This document shows, piece by piece, positions 1 through 7,582 of a stretch of DNA of 16,156 nucleotides. Under the pieces are notes generated by a model, which was given only the letters and a program-made list of their open reading frames with translations, did not search any database and was not told the DNA's origin. The stretch is taken from the NCBI GenBank assembly GCA_938074535.1, contig CALJER010000030.1, positions 1-16,156 on the forward strand. The letters are read 5' to 3'. The first letter of the stretch is position 1. Every line of letters starts with the position of its first letter. The position numbers were made by a program, and so were the translations under genes. Source of the stretch: an uncultured archaeon. GTDB taxonomy: Archaea; Hadarchaeota; Hadarchaeia; Hadarchaeales; WYZ-LMO6.

Positions 1-177
1 CACGGTCAGCGTTACGTTGTTCTCGGAGTCTATGCTGGCGGTGAAGGACATGAGGGGGAAGCCTCCCGTTCTGGTGACGTAGTAGACGGCTCCTGCCACC
101 ACGATGAGCACAGCGGCCAGGATCAGCAGGTACTCGATGGCGCCCTGTCCCTTCCTTCCGAACATTCCCAACACCAT
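1..177 (-). CDS. Class III signal peptide (type IV pilin-like) protein, 3' end beyond the window edge
   Basis: Not in the ORF track. Manual translation: MVLGMFGRKG|QGAIEYLLILAAVLIVVAGAVYYVTRTGGFPLMSFTASIDSENNVTLTV. It has a KG|QxAxE cleavage motif (+1 Q, +5 E) followed by a hydrophobic helix. Alternative ATG at 165. TATA-like TTTTATAA lies about 25 bp upstream. Confidence 0.85.
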   Translation of the reverse strand, partial: MVLGMFGRKGQGAIEYLLILAAVLIVVAGAVYYVTRTGGFPLMSFTASIDSENNVTLTV

Positions 178-255
178 TTAAAGGTATAAAAGAGGCGTTA
201 TAAAAGCGTTCCGAGGGCCCCAGCCCATCGTTTTTAGAGCGGGAGGAGGAGGAGG
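178..255. promoter_or_regulatory. Divergent promoter region between the pilin-like gene and minD
   Basis: AT-rich island with TATAAAAG twice (185-192, 199-206). TTATAAAA at 198-205 reads as a TATA box on both strands. (GGA)4 Shine-Dalgarno-like run at 242-253 before minD. Confidence 0.6.
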
Positions 256-258
256 GTG

Positions 259-966
259 ATGGCCCGCGTGATTTCCTTCGCCTCCGGCAAGGGAGGAACG
301 GGGAAAACGATGGTGGTGGCCAACCTGGGGGTCTGCCTGGCCAAGAGGGGGAAGAGGGTGATCGTTCTGGACGCGGACCTCACCATGGCCAATCTGGGAT
401 TGCTCTTTGGTCTTGAGGAGAGGTTCACCCTCCACGACGTGCTCGCGGGGAAGGCGGAGGTGGAGGAGGCCCTGCACGAGGTCATGCCCAAGCTGGAGGT
501 GGTGCAGGGCGGTCTTTCGCTGAAGGACATTGGACAGATCAGGCTGGAGCGTCTCAAGGGGGTGGTGGTGGAGCTCTCCAGGAGAGCGGATTACGTCCTG
601 CTGGACTGCCCCTCCGGCTTCGAGGAGGACTTCACTGCGGCCCTGGCGGCTTCCTCCCAGCTGGTGCTGGTGATCAACCCCGACCCCCTCTCCGTGGCGG
701 AGGCCATGAAGGTGAAGAGGATGGCCGGCAAGATGCGCGTCGCCCTGCTGGGTATGGTGGTGAACAGGGTGGTGGGGAAGGACGCGGACCTCCCCCTCAG
801 GGAGATAGAGGCCCTCCTCGAGCTCCCCCTCCTCGGAGCCATACCGGAGGACGAGGAGGTGGCGAGGGCCCTGGCCAGCGGCAAGCCCCTGGTGGTCCAG
901 GCCCCGAGGTCCCCCGCCTCCGAGGCCCTGGAGAAGATCGCCGAGGTCCTCCTGAAGAGGAAGTAG
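259..966 (+). CDS. minD: MinD/ParA-family P-loop ATPase with intact motifs
   Basis: Deviant Walker A SGKGGTGKT, switch I LDADL, Walker B LLDCP, NRV motif and IPED. ATG at 259 (or GTG at 256) follows a strong SD. No C-terminal membrane-targeting extension is visible. Confidence 0.9.
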   Translation: MARVISFASGKGGTGKTMVVANLGVCLAKRGKRVIVLDADLTMANLGLLFGLEERFTLHDVLAGKAEVEEALHEVMPKLEVVQGGLSLKDIGQIRLERLKGVVVELSRRADYVLLDCPSGFEEDFTAALAASSQLVLVINPDPLSVAEAMKVKRMAGKMRVALLGMVVNRVVGKDADLPLREIEALLELPLLGAIPEDEEVARALASGKPLVVQAPRSPASEALEKIAEVLLKRK

Positions 967-978
967 GGCCGCATCCTC

Positions 979-986
979 TTTATAGA
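979..986 (+). promoter_or_regulatory. Putative TATA box for the 2-TM protein gene
   Basis: TTTATAGA about 30 bp upstream of ATG 1013, with no SD; consistent with a near-leaderless transcript. Confidence 0.45.
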
Positions 987-1012
987 AGCTCGACCAATTT
1001 TCGTTTGGGGGC

Positions 1013-1369
1013 ATGAAGAGGGAGGTCCTGGAGCTGCGCCGCCGCCTGGAGGTGACGGAGAGGGAGCTGAACCGCCTCTCCCGCTTCGAGTGGGGATACA
1101 CCAAGCAGCTCTGGAAGTTCAGCCTCCTCTCCTGGCTGCTGGGCGTGCTCCTCTTCTTCCTCCTGGTCCTCCTGGTGGAGCCCTCCCTTCTCACGGGGGT
1201 CCTGGAAGCCCTGCCCCTCCTCGTGCTCGCGGCGGCGGCCCCCCTGGTGGCCGTCCTTTACTTCGTCGGCAGGGTGGAGAGGAGGGTGAAGAAGCTGGAG
1301 CGCAGCAGGGAGCTCCTCCTCTCCAGATACAGGAGGGCCCTTCTGGACCACTTCGAGGAGTCTAGCTGA
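1013..1369 (+). CDS. Hypothetical membrane protein, 118 aa, two TM helices flanked by charged coiled-coil-like segments
   Basis: Codon usage matches neighbouring genes. Hydrophobic stretches FSLLSWLLGVLLFFLLVLLV and LPLLVLAAAAPLVAVLYFV; E/R/L-rich termini. It fills the gap between the two minD genes. Confidence 0.8.
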   Translation: MKREVLELRRRLEVTERELNRLSRFEWGYTKQLWKFSLLSWLLGVLLFFLLVLLVEPSLLTGVLEALPLLVLAAAAPLVAVLYFVGRVERRVKKLERSRELLLSRYRRALLDHFEESS

Positions 1370-2069
1370 GCCCCTTCCTCAGCTTCTCCGTCAGCTCGGT
1401 GATGGCCCTGGAGGCGGGGGAGCGGGGATAGAGCTCCAGCAGGGGTTCCCCCCTTCTCCAGGCCTTCCTCACGCTCAGGTCCTCCGGCACCTTGCCTAGG
1501 ATGGGGAGGTCGAGCAGCCGCTTTATCTCAGCGGGGGGGAATTCGTAATCCTTCCCCCTCACCCTGTTCAGCACCACCCCCCTGGGGTGGAGGCCCAGGA
1601 ACTCCAGCAGGACCTTCGTCCTCATGGTGTCGGAGAGGGAGGTGACCTCCGGTGAGGTGAGCAGGAGAACCTCCTGCCCGGTTTTCAGGACGGCCACGGT
1701 TTCCCTCCTCAGCCCTCCCGGGGCGTCGATGAGCATGAACTCCGCCTTCTCCCCCAGGCTTTCCAGCACGGAGGGGAGCCTGGCCAGGTCCACCCCCCGC
1801 ATGTCCCCCGAGATGCTGGAGGGTACGATGCGGAGTCCGTGGGGTCCTTCATATACCGCGTCCGGGGGAGGGATCTCACCCCTCAGGACGTCGTTCAGGG
1901 TATAGGGGGCCTTCTCGAGCTTGAAGAGGAGACCCAGGTTGGGGGAGGAGAAACAGGCATCGACCAGCACGGTGGTCCTCCCCTCCTTGGCGAGGGCCAG
2001 GGCCAGGTTGGCTGTGAGGGTGGTGCGGCCCACCCCACCCTTCCCGGAGGCCAGGACGACTCTTCTCAT
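1362..2069 (-). CDS. MinD-family ATPase paralog with degenerate catalytic motifs, 235 aa
   Basis: Likely start MRRVVLASGKGGVGRTT at ATG 2069 after a GAGGT SD; the ORF-track extension to 2375 is antisense to hdrA. Collinear with the 259-966 protein. Walker A K->R and DAD->DAC; Walker B LIDAP retained. Confidence 0.88.
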   Translation of the reverse strand: MRRVVLASGKGGVGRTTLTANLALALAKEGRTTVLVDACFSSPNLGLLFKLEKAPYTLNDVLRGEIPPPDAVYEGPHGLRIVPSSISGDMRGVDLARLPSVLESLGEKAEFMLIDAPGGLRRETVAVLKTGQEVLLLTSPEVTSLSDTMRTKVLLEFLGLHPRGVVLNRVRGKDYEFPPAEIKRLLDLPILGKVPEDLSVRKAWRRGEPLLELYPRSPASRAITELTEKLRKGLS

Positions 2070-2107
2070 GTGGACCTCTTTTCCTCTCTCCCTCCTCCGC
2101 CCTTCAC

Positions 2108-2125
2108 CATAATTCTTAAATAGCT
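2108..2125. promoter_or_regulatory. Shared TATA region for hdrA (+, leaderless) and the second minD (-)
   Basis: CTTAAATA at 2115-2122 lies 24-31 bp upstream of hdrA ATG 2146, which has no SD. Its reverse complement TATTTAAG points toward the start at 2069. Confidence 0.55.
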
Positions 2126-2145
2126 CTTCAGGTATCTTATTCGTT

Positions 2146-4140
2146 ATGCCGGCGGGTGCTCCAAGAGTGGGCGTTTTTCTGTGTAAGTGCGGGGGGAACA
2201 TCTCGGACTTCGTGGATCTTGAGGCCGTCAAGAGCGCCGTGGAGAAGCTCGACGGAGTGGTGGCGGTGGAGGTGGACGAGCACTGGTGTTCCTCCCCCGC
2301 CGGGAAGAGGATAAGGGAAGCGATAAAGGAGAAGAACCTCAACCGGGTGGTGATCGTTGCCTGCACTCTCAACATGCATCAGCCCCACTTCATGGAGGTG
2401 CTCCAGGAGGCGGGTCTCAACCCCTACCTGCTGGAGAGGGTGAACGCCAGGGAGCAGTGCTCCTGGGTCCACAAGGACAGCCCCAGGGAGGCCACGGAGA
2501 AGGTGATCGACCTGGTGAGAGGTGGAGTGGCCAGGGCGAAGCACCTCTCCGAGCTCTCCCCCATCGTGGAGAAGCTCAACAGGAATGTGGTGGTGGTGGG
2601 AGGGGGGGTGGCCGGGATCATCGCCTCCCTCGAGCTGGCCTACGGGGGCCACAGGGTCTTCCTGGTGGAGAAGTCCCCCACCATCGGGGGCAGGATGGCC
2701 AAGTTCTCGAAGGTCTTCCCCTCCCTGGACTGCGCCTCCTGCATCCTCACCCCCAGGATGGCGGAGGTGGAGTCGCACAAGAACATCACCCTCCTCACCT
2801 ACTCCGAGGTCCAGGAGGTCAGCGGCTCCGCGGGCAACTTCAGGGTGAAGATCCTCAGGAAGCCCAGGTACGTGGATCCCGCCCTCTGCACGGGCTGCAG
2901 GGACTGCACGACGGTCTGCCCGGTGAAGGTGCCCAACGAGTGGAACGTGGGGATGGACAAGAGGACCGCCATCTACATACCCTTCCCCGAGGCCGTGCCC
3001 AGGGTGGCCACGGTGGATGAGGCCAGCTGCCTGTACCTGAAGCACAGCAGGCCCGGCAAACCCGTGTGCGGGAAGTGCCTGGAGGTCTGCAGGGCCAAGG
3101 CCATAAACTTCGACATGAAGCCCGAGGTGCTGGAGGTGGAGGCGGGGGCCATCCTCATAGCGGTGGGGAGCGAGGTCTTCGATGCGAGGAAGGTCCCGCA
3201 GCTAGGGTACGGGCTCTACAAGAACGTCATCACCAGCATGGAGTTCGAGCGCATGATCAACTCCGATGGTCCCACGGGGGGGAAGGTGGTGAACCCGGCG
3301 ACGGGGGAGACGCCGAAGGTGGTGGCCTTCATCCAGTGCGTGGGGAGCAGGGACGAGAAGTACAACCCCTACTGCTGCAGGATAGGGTGCACGGCCTCCC
3401 TGAAGCATGCTTCCCTCCTGAAGGAGTACGTGAGCAAGGACATCGACGTCTACATCTGCTACAACGACATGCGCACGGTGGGGAAGGGCTTTGAGGAGTT
3501 CTACCGCAGGGTGAGGGACATGGGGGTGAAGTTCATAAGGGGCCTGCCCTCCGAGGTGAAGCAGAAGCCCGACGGCTCCCTCACCTTCAACGTGTTCGAC
3601 ACCACCACCGAGACCCTCTACGAGGTGAACGCCGACCTGGTGGTGCTGGCGATCGGGCTGGTGCCTTCCCCCGACATAGAGAAGGTGGCGAAGCTCCTGA
3701 AGCTCTCGAGGGGTCACGACGGCTTCCTGCTGGAGGCCCACGAGAAGCTGAGACCGGTGGAGACCCTCTCGGACGGGATCTTCGTGGCCGGAAGCTGCCT
3801 GGGCCCCATGGACATCCACGATGCCACCTCGGAGGCGATGGGTGCAGCCTCCAAGGTGATGGGCTTTTTGGCGGCCGGCGAGATCGTGAAGGAGCCCATC
3901 GTGGCGAAGGTGAACGAGGACCTCTGCAGCGGGTGCAGGGTGTGCGTCTCCGTCTGTCCCTTCGACGCCATCAAGATGGAGGACAAAGGGGAGGGCAAGT
4001 TCGTGGCCAAGGTGGACGAGGTGCTCTGCAAGGGATGCGGGCTCTGCGCCGCTTCCTGTCCGACGGCGGCCGTCACCACCCAGCACTTCACGGACGAGCA
4101 GATCAGGTCGCAGGTGAGGGGCATCCTGGTGGGGGTATGA
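2146..4140 (+). CDS. hdrA: Heterodisulfide reductase subunit A-like flavo-iron-sulfur protein, 664 aa
   Basis: N-terminal CKCGGNI and NAREQCSWVH; FAD-binding GGGVAG; FPSLDCASCILTP; inserted ferredoxin CTGCRDCTTVCP / CGKCLEVC; MEFER; CVGSRD; C-terminal 2x[4Fe-4S] CSGCRVCVSVCP / CKGCGLCAASCP. Confidence 0.95.
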   Translation: MPAGAPRVGVFLCKCGGNISDFVDLEAVKSAVEKLDGVVAVEVDEHWCSSPAGKRIREAIKEKNLNRVVIVACTLNMHQPHFMEVLQEAGLNPYLLERVNAREQCSWVHKDSPREATEKVIDLVRGGVARAKHLSELSPIVEKLNRNVVVVGGGVAGIIASLELAYGGHRVFLVEKSPTIGGRMAKFSKVFPSLDCASCILTPRMAEVESHKNITLLTYSEVQEVSGSAGNFRVKILRKPRYVDPALCTGCRDCTTVCPVKVPNEWNVGMDKRTAIYIPFPEAVPRVATVDEASCLYLKHSRPGKPVCGKCLEVCRAKAINFDMKPEVLEVEAGAILIAVGSEVFDARKVPQLGYGLYKNVITSMEFERMINSDGPTGGKVVNPATGETPKVVAFIQCVGSRDEKYNPYCCRIGCTASLKHASLLKEYVSKDIDVYICYNDMRTVGKGFEEFYRRVRDMGVKFIRGLPSEVKQKPDGSLTFNVFDTTTETLYEVNADLVVLAIGLVPSPDIEKVAKLLKLSRGHDGFLLEAHEKLRPVETLSDGIFVAGSCLGPMDIHDATSEAMGAASKVMGFLAAGEIVKEPIVAKVNEDLCSGCRVCVSVCPFDAIKMEDKGEGKFVAKVDEVLCKGCGLCAASCPTAAVTTQHFTDEQIRSQVRGILVGV

Positions 4141-4553
4141 GCGAGTTCCAGCCCAAGATCGTGGCCTTCTGCTGCAACTGGTGCTCCTACGCGGGAGCGG
4201 ACCAGGCTGGGCTCAGGAGGCTCCAGTACCCGCCCACGGCCAGGATCGTGAGGCTCATGTGCAGCGGCAGGCTCGACCCCGTTTTCGTGCTGGAGGCCTT
4301 CAAACACGGGGCGGACGGGGTGCTGGTGGCGGGATGCCACACGCCCACCGACTGCCACTACACCTCGGGAAACTTCAAGGCGGAGCGAAGGGTCCTCCTC
4401 CTCAAGAAGGTTCTGGAGCAGATGGGCATAGAGCCGGAGCGCCTGAGGCTGGAGTGGATTTCCGCCTCGGAGGGGGAGAAGTTCGCGAGGGTCATGGAGG
4501 AGATGACCCAGCAGCTGAAGCAGCTGGGCCCGAGTCCCCTCAAGCGCTCCTGA
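4137..4553 (+). CDS. mvhD: MvhD/FlpD [2Fe-2S] hydrogenase-Hdr adaptor subunit, 138 aa
   Basis: Starts at ATG 4137, overlapping the hdrA stop (ATGA). Motifs FCCNWCSYAGAD, MCSGR, GADGVLVAGCH..DCHY and WISASEG. Confidence 0.95.
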   Translation: MSEFQPKIVAFCCNWCSYAGADQAGLRRLQYPPTARIVRLMCSGRLDPVFVLEAFKHGADGVLVAGCHTPTDCHYTSGNFKAERRVLLLKKVLEQMGIEPERLRLEWISASEGEKFARVMEEMTQQLKQLGPSPLKRS

Positions 4554-6846
4554 GCCTCCTGGCCGCGCAGGCCGCCTGACCCACCGAAATCCCGCCGTCC
4601 CCGGGCGGAAGGACCGCGTGCCTGAGGAACCTCAGCCCCCTCCTCTCCACCTCCCTCCCCACCTCCGCCGTGAAGTACCTGTTGCAGAACACCCCTCCCG
4701 AAACTCCCACCGCCCTCACCCCCCTTTCCTCCGCCACCTCGCACGCCACCTCCGCCAGGGCGAGGGCGAGGGCCCTGTGGGCCGAGGAGGCCACGTGCCT
4801 TCTGGGTACCCCCGAGCGCACGGCCTCCACCACCCCCGCCAGGAAGGAGGAGGTGTCCACCAGCCCCCCGGAGACCCTGCAGGGGAGGGCCACGGCCTCC
4901 GGGTCCCCCTCCCCCGCCGCCGCCTCCAGCTTCATGGCGGGTTCCCCCTCGTAGGTCCTCTCCCAGCAGATCCCCAGCACGCAGGCCACCGCGTCCAGCA
5001 CCCTGCCGCAGCTGCTCGTGAGGGGCAGGTTGCCCCTCTCCAGCTGCCTCAGCACCACCTCCCTCTCCCTCTTCCCCCTGGGGAAGCCCGCGGGGCAGAG
5101 CTCCTCCAGCACCCTTTCCGTTTCCTCCCTCCCCAGCTCCCCCCACAGGATGCCGGCCACCATCCTGGCGGGGAACCTGGTGGCGGCATCTCCCCCCGGC
5201 ATGGGCTGCGGCCGGAGCCCCCCCACCCTCTCGAAGGAGGAGAGGTCGGCGACCATCACCTCCCCTCCCCAGACCGTACCGTCCGCCCCGTATCCCGCCC
5301 CGTCGCAGGCTATCCCCACCATCTCCTCCACCCCCTTCTCCGCCATGAGGGAGCAGAGGTGGGCGTGGTGGTGCTGGACCTCCACCCTCTCCGCCCCCCA
5401 CTCCTCCGCCCACCCCCTGGCGAGCCTGGTGGTGGGGTAGAGGGGATGGAGGTCGTGGGCCACCGCCTCCACCCTCTCCACCCTCAGCAGCCTCCTGAGG
5501 GATCCCGCGGCCTCCTTCAGGTACTCCAGCGTCTCCAGTTTTCCCGTGTCCCCCACGTGCTGGCTGGGGAAGCACCGGTTCCCCACCAGGAGGGAAGCCG
5601 TCACGTTCTCCTCCGCCCCCACCGCCAGCACGGTCTTTCCGGAGGAGAAGGGGAGGACGATGGGCTCGGGCACATACCCCCTGGAGCGCCGGAGGAAGAC
5701 CGTTTCCCCCCCCACCACCTTGAGCACGGAGTCGTCGCACCTGTTGACGATCCTCCTGTTGTGGAGGAGGAGGTAGTCCACCCTTCCCCTGAGCTCCCTC
5801 AGGGCCCTCTCGCTGTCCACGATCATGGGGAGGCCCGGGGGGTTGGCACTGGTCATCACGTACGCGGGTTCCCTCCCGTGGTGGAGCACGAGCAGGTGGA
5901 TGCCGGAGTAGGGGAGCATCACCCCGACGGAGTCCAGACCCGGGGAGACCAGCTCGGAGAGGGGGAAGTCCCTGGAGCGCCTCAGGACCACGATGGGGCG
6001 GCGGTGGGAGGTCAGCTCCCTCGCCTCCTCCTCGCTCACCTCCGCGAAGGTGCGCACGGTCTCCAGGTCCCTGGACATCACGGCGAAGGGCTGCTGGGGG
6101 CGGCGGAAGTTCTCCCTCAGCCTCCTCAGGGGCTCGTCCTCCACCGTCCGGCAGGCCAGATGGGTACCCCCTATCCCCTTCAGACCCACGATGAAGCCCT
6201 CGTCCAGGAGCCTGGCCACCTCCCGGAGGGGGTCCCTCACCTCCACCTTCTTTCCGTCCTCCTCGTAGAGCTCCACCGAGGGTCCGCAGGCCGGGCAGCA
6301 GGTGGTCTCCGCGTGGTACCGCCGGTCGGAGGGTTCCGTGTACTCCCGCAGGCAGAGGGGGCAGAGGGGGAAGTCCACCATCGAGGTCCTCTCCCTGTCG
6401 TAGGGCAGGTCGGAGATCACCGTGAAGCGCGGGCCGCAGTCGACGCAGGTGGTGAAGGGATAGCCGTACCTCCTGTTCCCGGGGTCGAGCATCTCCCTCT
6501 CGCACTCCCCGCACACCGCCAGGTCGGGGGGGATCACGGAGGCTCCCCCCAGCCCTTCCGCCCTGCTCTCCCTCACCTCGAAGGTCCCGAACTCCCCGGT
6601 GGGCTGGGTCCACCTCACCCTGACCTCCTCCACCCTGGAGAGGGGAGGGGCCTCCTTCCTGAGGGAGGAGAGGAAAACCTCTATTTCCTCCCTTCCCCCC
6701 TCCACCACGATCTGCACCCCCGCATCCCCCATGTTCCTCACGAAGCCCCTCAGGCCGTGGGCGCGGGCCAGCCTGTAGACGAAGGGCCTGAAGCCCACCC
6801 CCTGGACCACTCCCGTGACCCCTATCTCCGCCCTGGAGAGACCCAT
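4540..6846 (-). CDS. hypF: [NiFe]-hydrogenase maturation carbamoyltransferase HypF
   Basis: Acylphosphatase domain GVVQGVGFRPF, two CxxC-x18-CxxC zinc fingers, YrdC-like domain, QHHHAH, DGAGYGADG and PPGDGGISVGQ. Confidence 0.97.
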   Translation of the reverse strand: MGLSRAEIGVTGVVQGVGFRPFVYRLARAHGLRGFVRNMGDAGVQIVVEGGREEIEVFLSSLRKEAPPLSRVEEVRVRWTQPTGEFGTFEVRESRAEGLGGASVIPPDLAVCGECEREMLDPGNRRYGYPFTTCVDCGPRFTVISDLPYDRERTSMVDFPLCPLCLREYTEPSDRRYHAETTCCPACGPSVELYEEDGKKVEVRDPLREVARLLDEGFIVGLKGIGGTHLACRTVEDEPLRRLRENFRRPQQPFAVMSRDLETVRTFAEVSEEEARELTSHRRPIVVLRRSRDFPLSELVSPGLDSVGVMLPYSGIHLLVLHHGREPAYVMTSANPPGLPMIVDSERALRELRGRVDYLLLHNRRIVNRCDDSVLKVVGGETVFLRRSRGYVPEPIVLPFSSGKTVLAVGAEENVTASLLVGNRCFPSQHVGDTGKLETLEYLKEAAGSLRRLLRVERVEAVAHDLHPLYPTTRLARGWAEEWGAERVEVQHHHAHLCSLMAEKGVEEMVGIACDGAGYGADGTVWGGEVMVADLSSFERVGGLRPQPMPGGDAATRFPARMVAGILWGELGREETERVLEELCPAGFPRGKREREVVLRQLERGNLPLTSSCGRVLDAVACVLGICWERTYEGEPAMKLEAAAGEGDPEAVALPCRVSGGLVDTSSFLAGVVEAVRSGVPRRHVASSAHRALALALAEVACEVAEERGVRAVGVSGGVFCNRYFTAEVGREVERRGLRFLRHAVLPPGDGGISVGQAACAARRLRSA

Positions 6847-6850
6847 CCCC

Positions 6851-7582
6851 TCAGCCCCTCAGGTACTCCTCCAGCACCCTCCCCGCGTCGGAGGCGAAGG
6901 AGGTCCTGAGCAGCCTGTCCGCATCGCCCAGCGCCTCCTCCACTCCCGGATCGTACCTCACCCCTCCCAGCAGGCGCACACCCTTCCAGGGGGAGGGGGA
7001 GGAGGAAAAGTTTTCCACCACTCCCGCTATCCTTGCCCCCGCCGTCCTCAGACCCTCCACCATCCTCTCCACGCTCTCCCTGGAGAGCCTGGAGGGTGTG
7101 GAGACCACCAGGAACTCCGTTCCCTTGGCGAGCCTGAGGAGCTCCAGGAGCTCGTCCCCGCTTCCGGGGGGCATGTCGACCACCAGGTAGTCCAGCCTTC
7201 CCCAGCGGGTGGTGGAGAAAAGGTCCAGGAGGGAGGAGGCTATTCCCCCCTTCCTCAGGAGCAGGGGCCTCTGGCCGGAGAAGTGGATCACGGAGAGGAA
7301 CCTCAGCCCGCGGACCTCCGCCGGCACCAGGCCCCCCTCCTCCGCGATCCTTCCGGTCTCCCCCAGAATGAGGTGCGCGGAGGGGCTGTGGAAGTCCAGG
7401 TCCAGGAGGCCCGTGCGGTACCCCTTCCTGGAGAGGAGAAGGGCCAGCGTGGCGGAGAGGAGGCTCTTCCCCACCCCCCCCTTGCAGCTTACCACGGAGA
7501 GGAGGCTCTTCACCTCCGACAGCCTTCTCCTGGCCGCGGCCTCCCTCGGGTCTATCTTTCGATCTCCAGCGAGCTCACCCAT
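6851..7582 (-). CDS. hypB: ATPase-type (Mrp/MinD family) HypB nickel-insertion factor
   Basis: IDPRE N-terminus, SCKGGVGKS, LLDLDFH and VVDMPPGSGD. Lacks the CPxC of ApbC/Nbp35. Sits between hypA and hypF and resembles Thermococcales Mrp-type HypB. Confidence 0.82.
   Translation of the reverse strand: MGELAGDRKIDPREAAARRRLSEVKSLLSVVSCKGGVGKSLLSATLALLLSRKGYRTGLLDLDFHSPSAHLILGETGRIAEEGGLVPAEVRGLRFLSVIHFSGQRPLLLRKGGIASSLLDLFSTTRWGRLDYLVVDMPPGSGDELLELLRLAKGTEFLVVSTPSRLSRESVERMVEGLRTAGARIAGVVENFSSSPSPWKGVRLLGGVRYDPGVEEALGDADRLLRTSFASDAGRVLEEYLRG

Noticed and set aside
242-255. (GGA)4 microsatellite as a phase-variation site
   Set aside because: It is adequately explained as a Shine-Dalgarno in a purine-rich genome where GGA runs are frequent.
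259-2069. The two minD genes as an inverted repeat, invertible segment or plasmid partition locus
   Set aside because: The paralogs are too divergent at the DNA level, and no recombinase, parB/parS or terminal repeats are seen.
2070-2375. N-terminal extensions in the ORF track (second minD to 2375, mvhD from 3933, hypE from 6815, hypA to 8592, NIPSNAP to 10221, tfe from 10603, nth to 15880)
   Set aside because: They overlap other real genes. Family homology, SD sites and stop/start overlaps point to internal starts, so these are not fusions.
2146-4553. Possible selenocysteine recoding in HdrA or MvhD
   Set aside because: No in-frame TGA; the relevant positions are ordinary Cys codons.
4358-6909. 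Very long alternative ORFs (4358..6613 -, 4618..6909 +) over hypF, and similar ones at 178..1194, 2137..3045, 3202..4086, 7666..9504, 10208..11440 and 13435..14799
   Set aside because: Shadow frames caused by high GC3: G/P/R/H-rich, without motifs, and overlapping well-supported genes.
6851-7582. ApbC/Nbp35 Fe-S carrier annotation
   Set aside because: No CPxC cluster-binding motif; context and motifs fit ATPase-type HypB.
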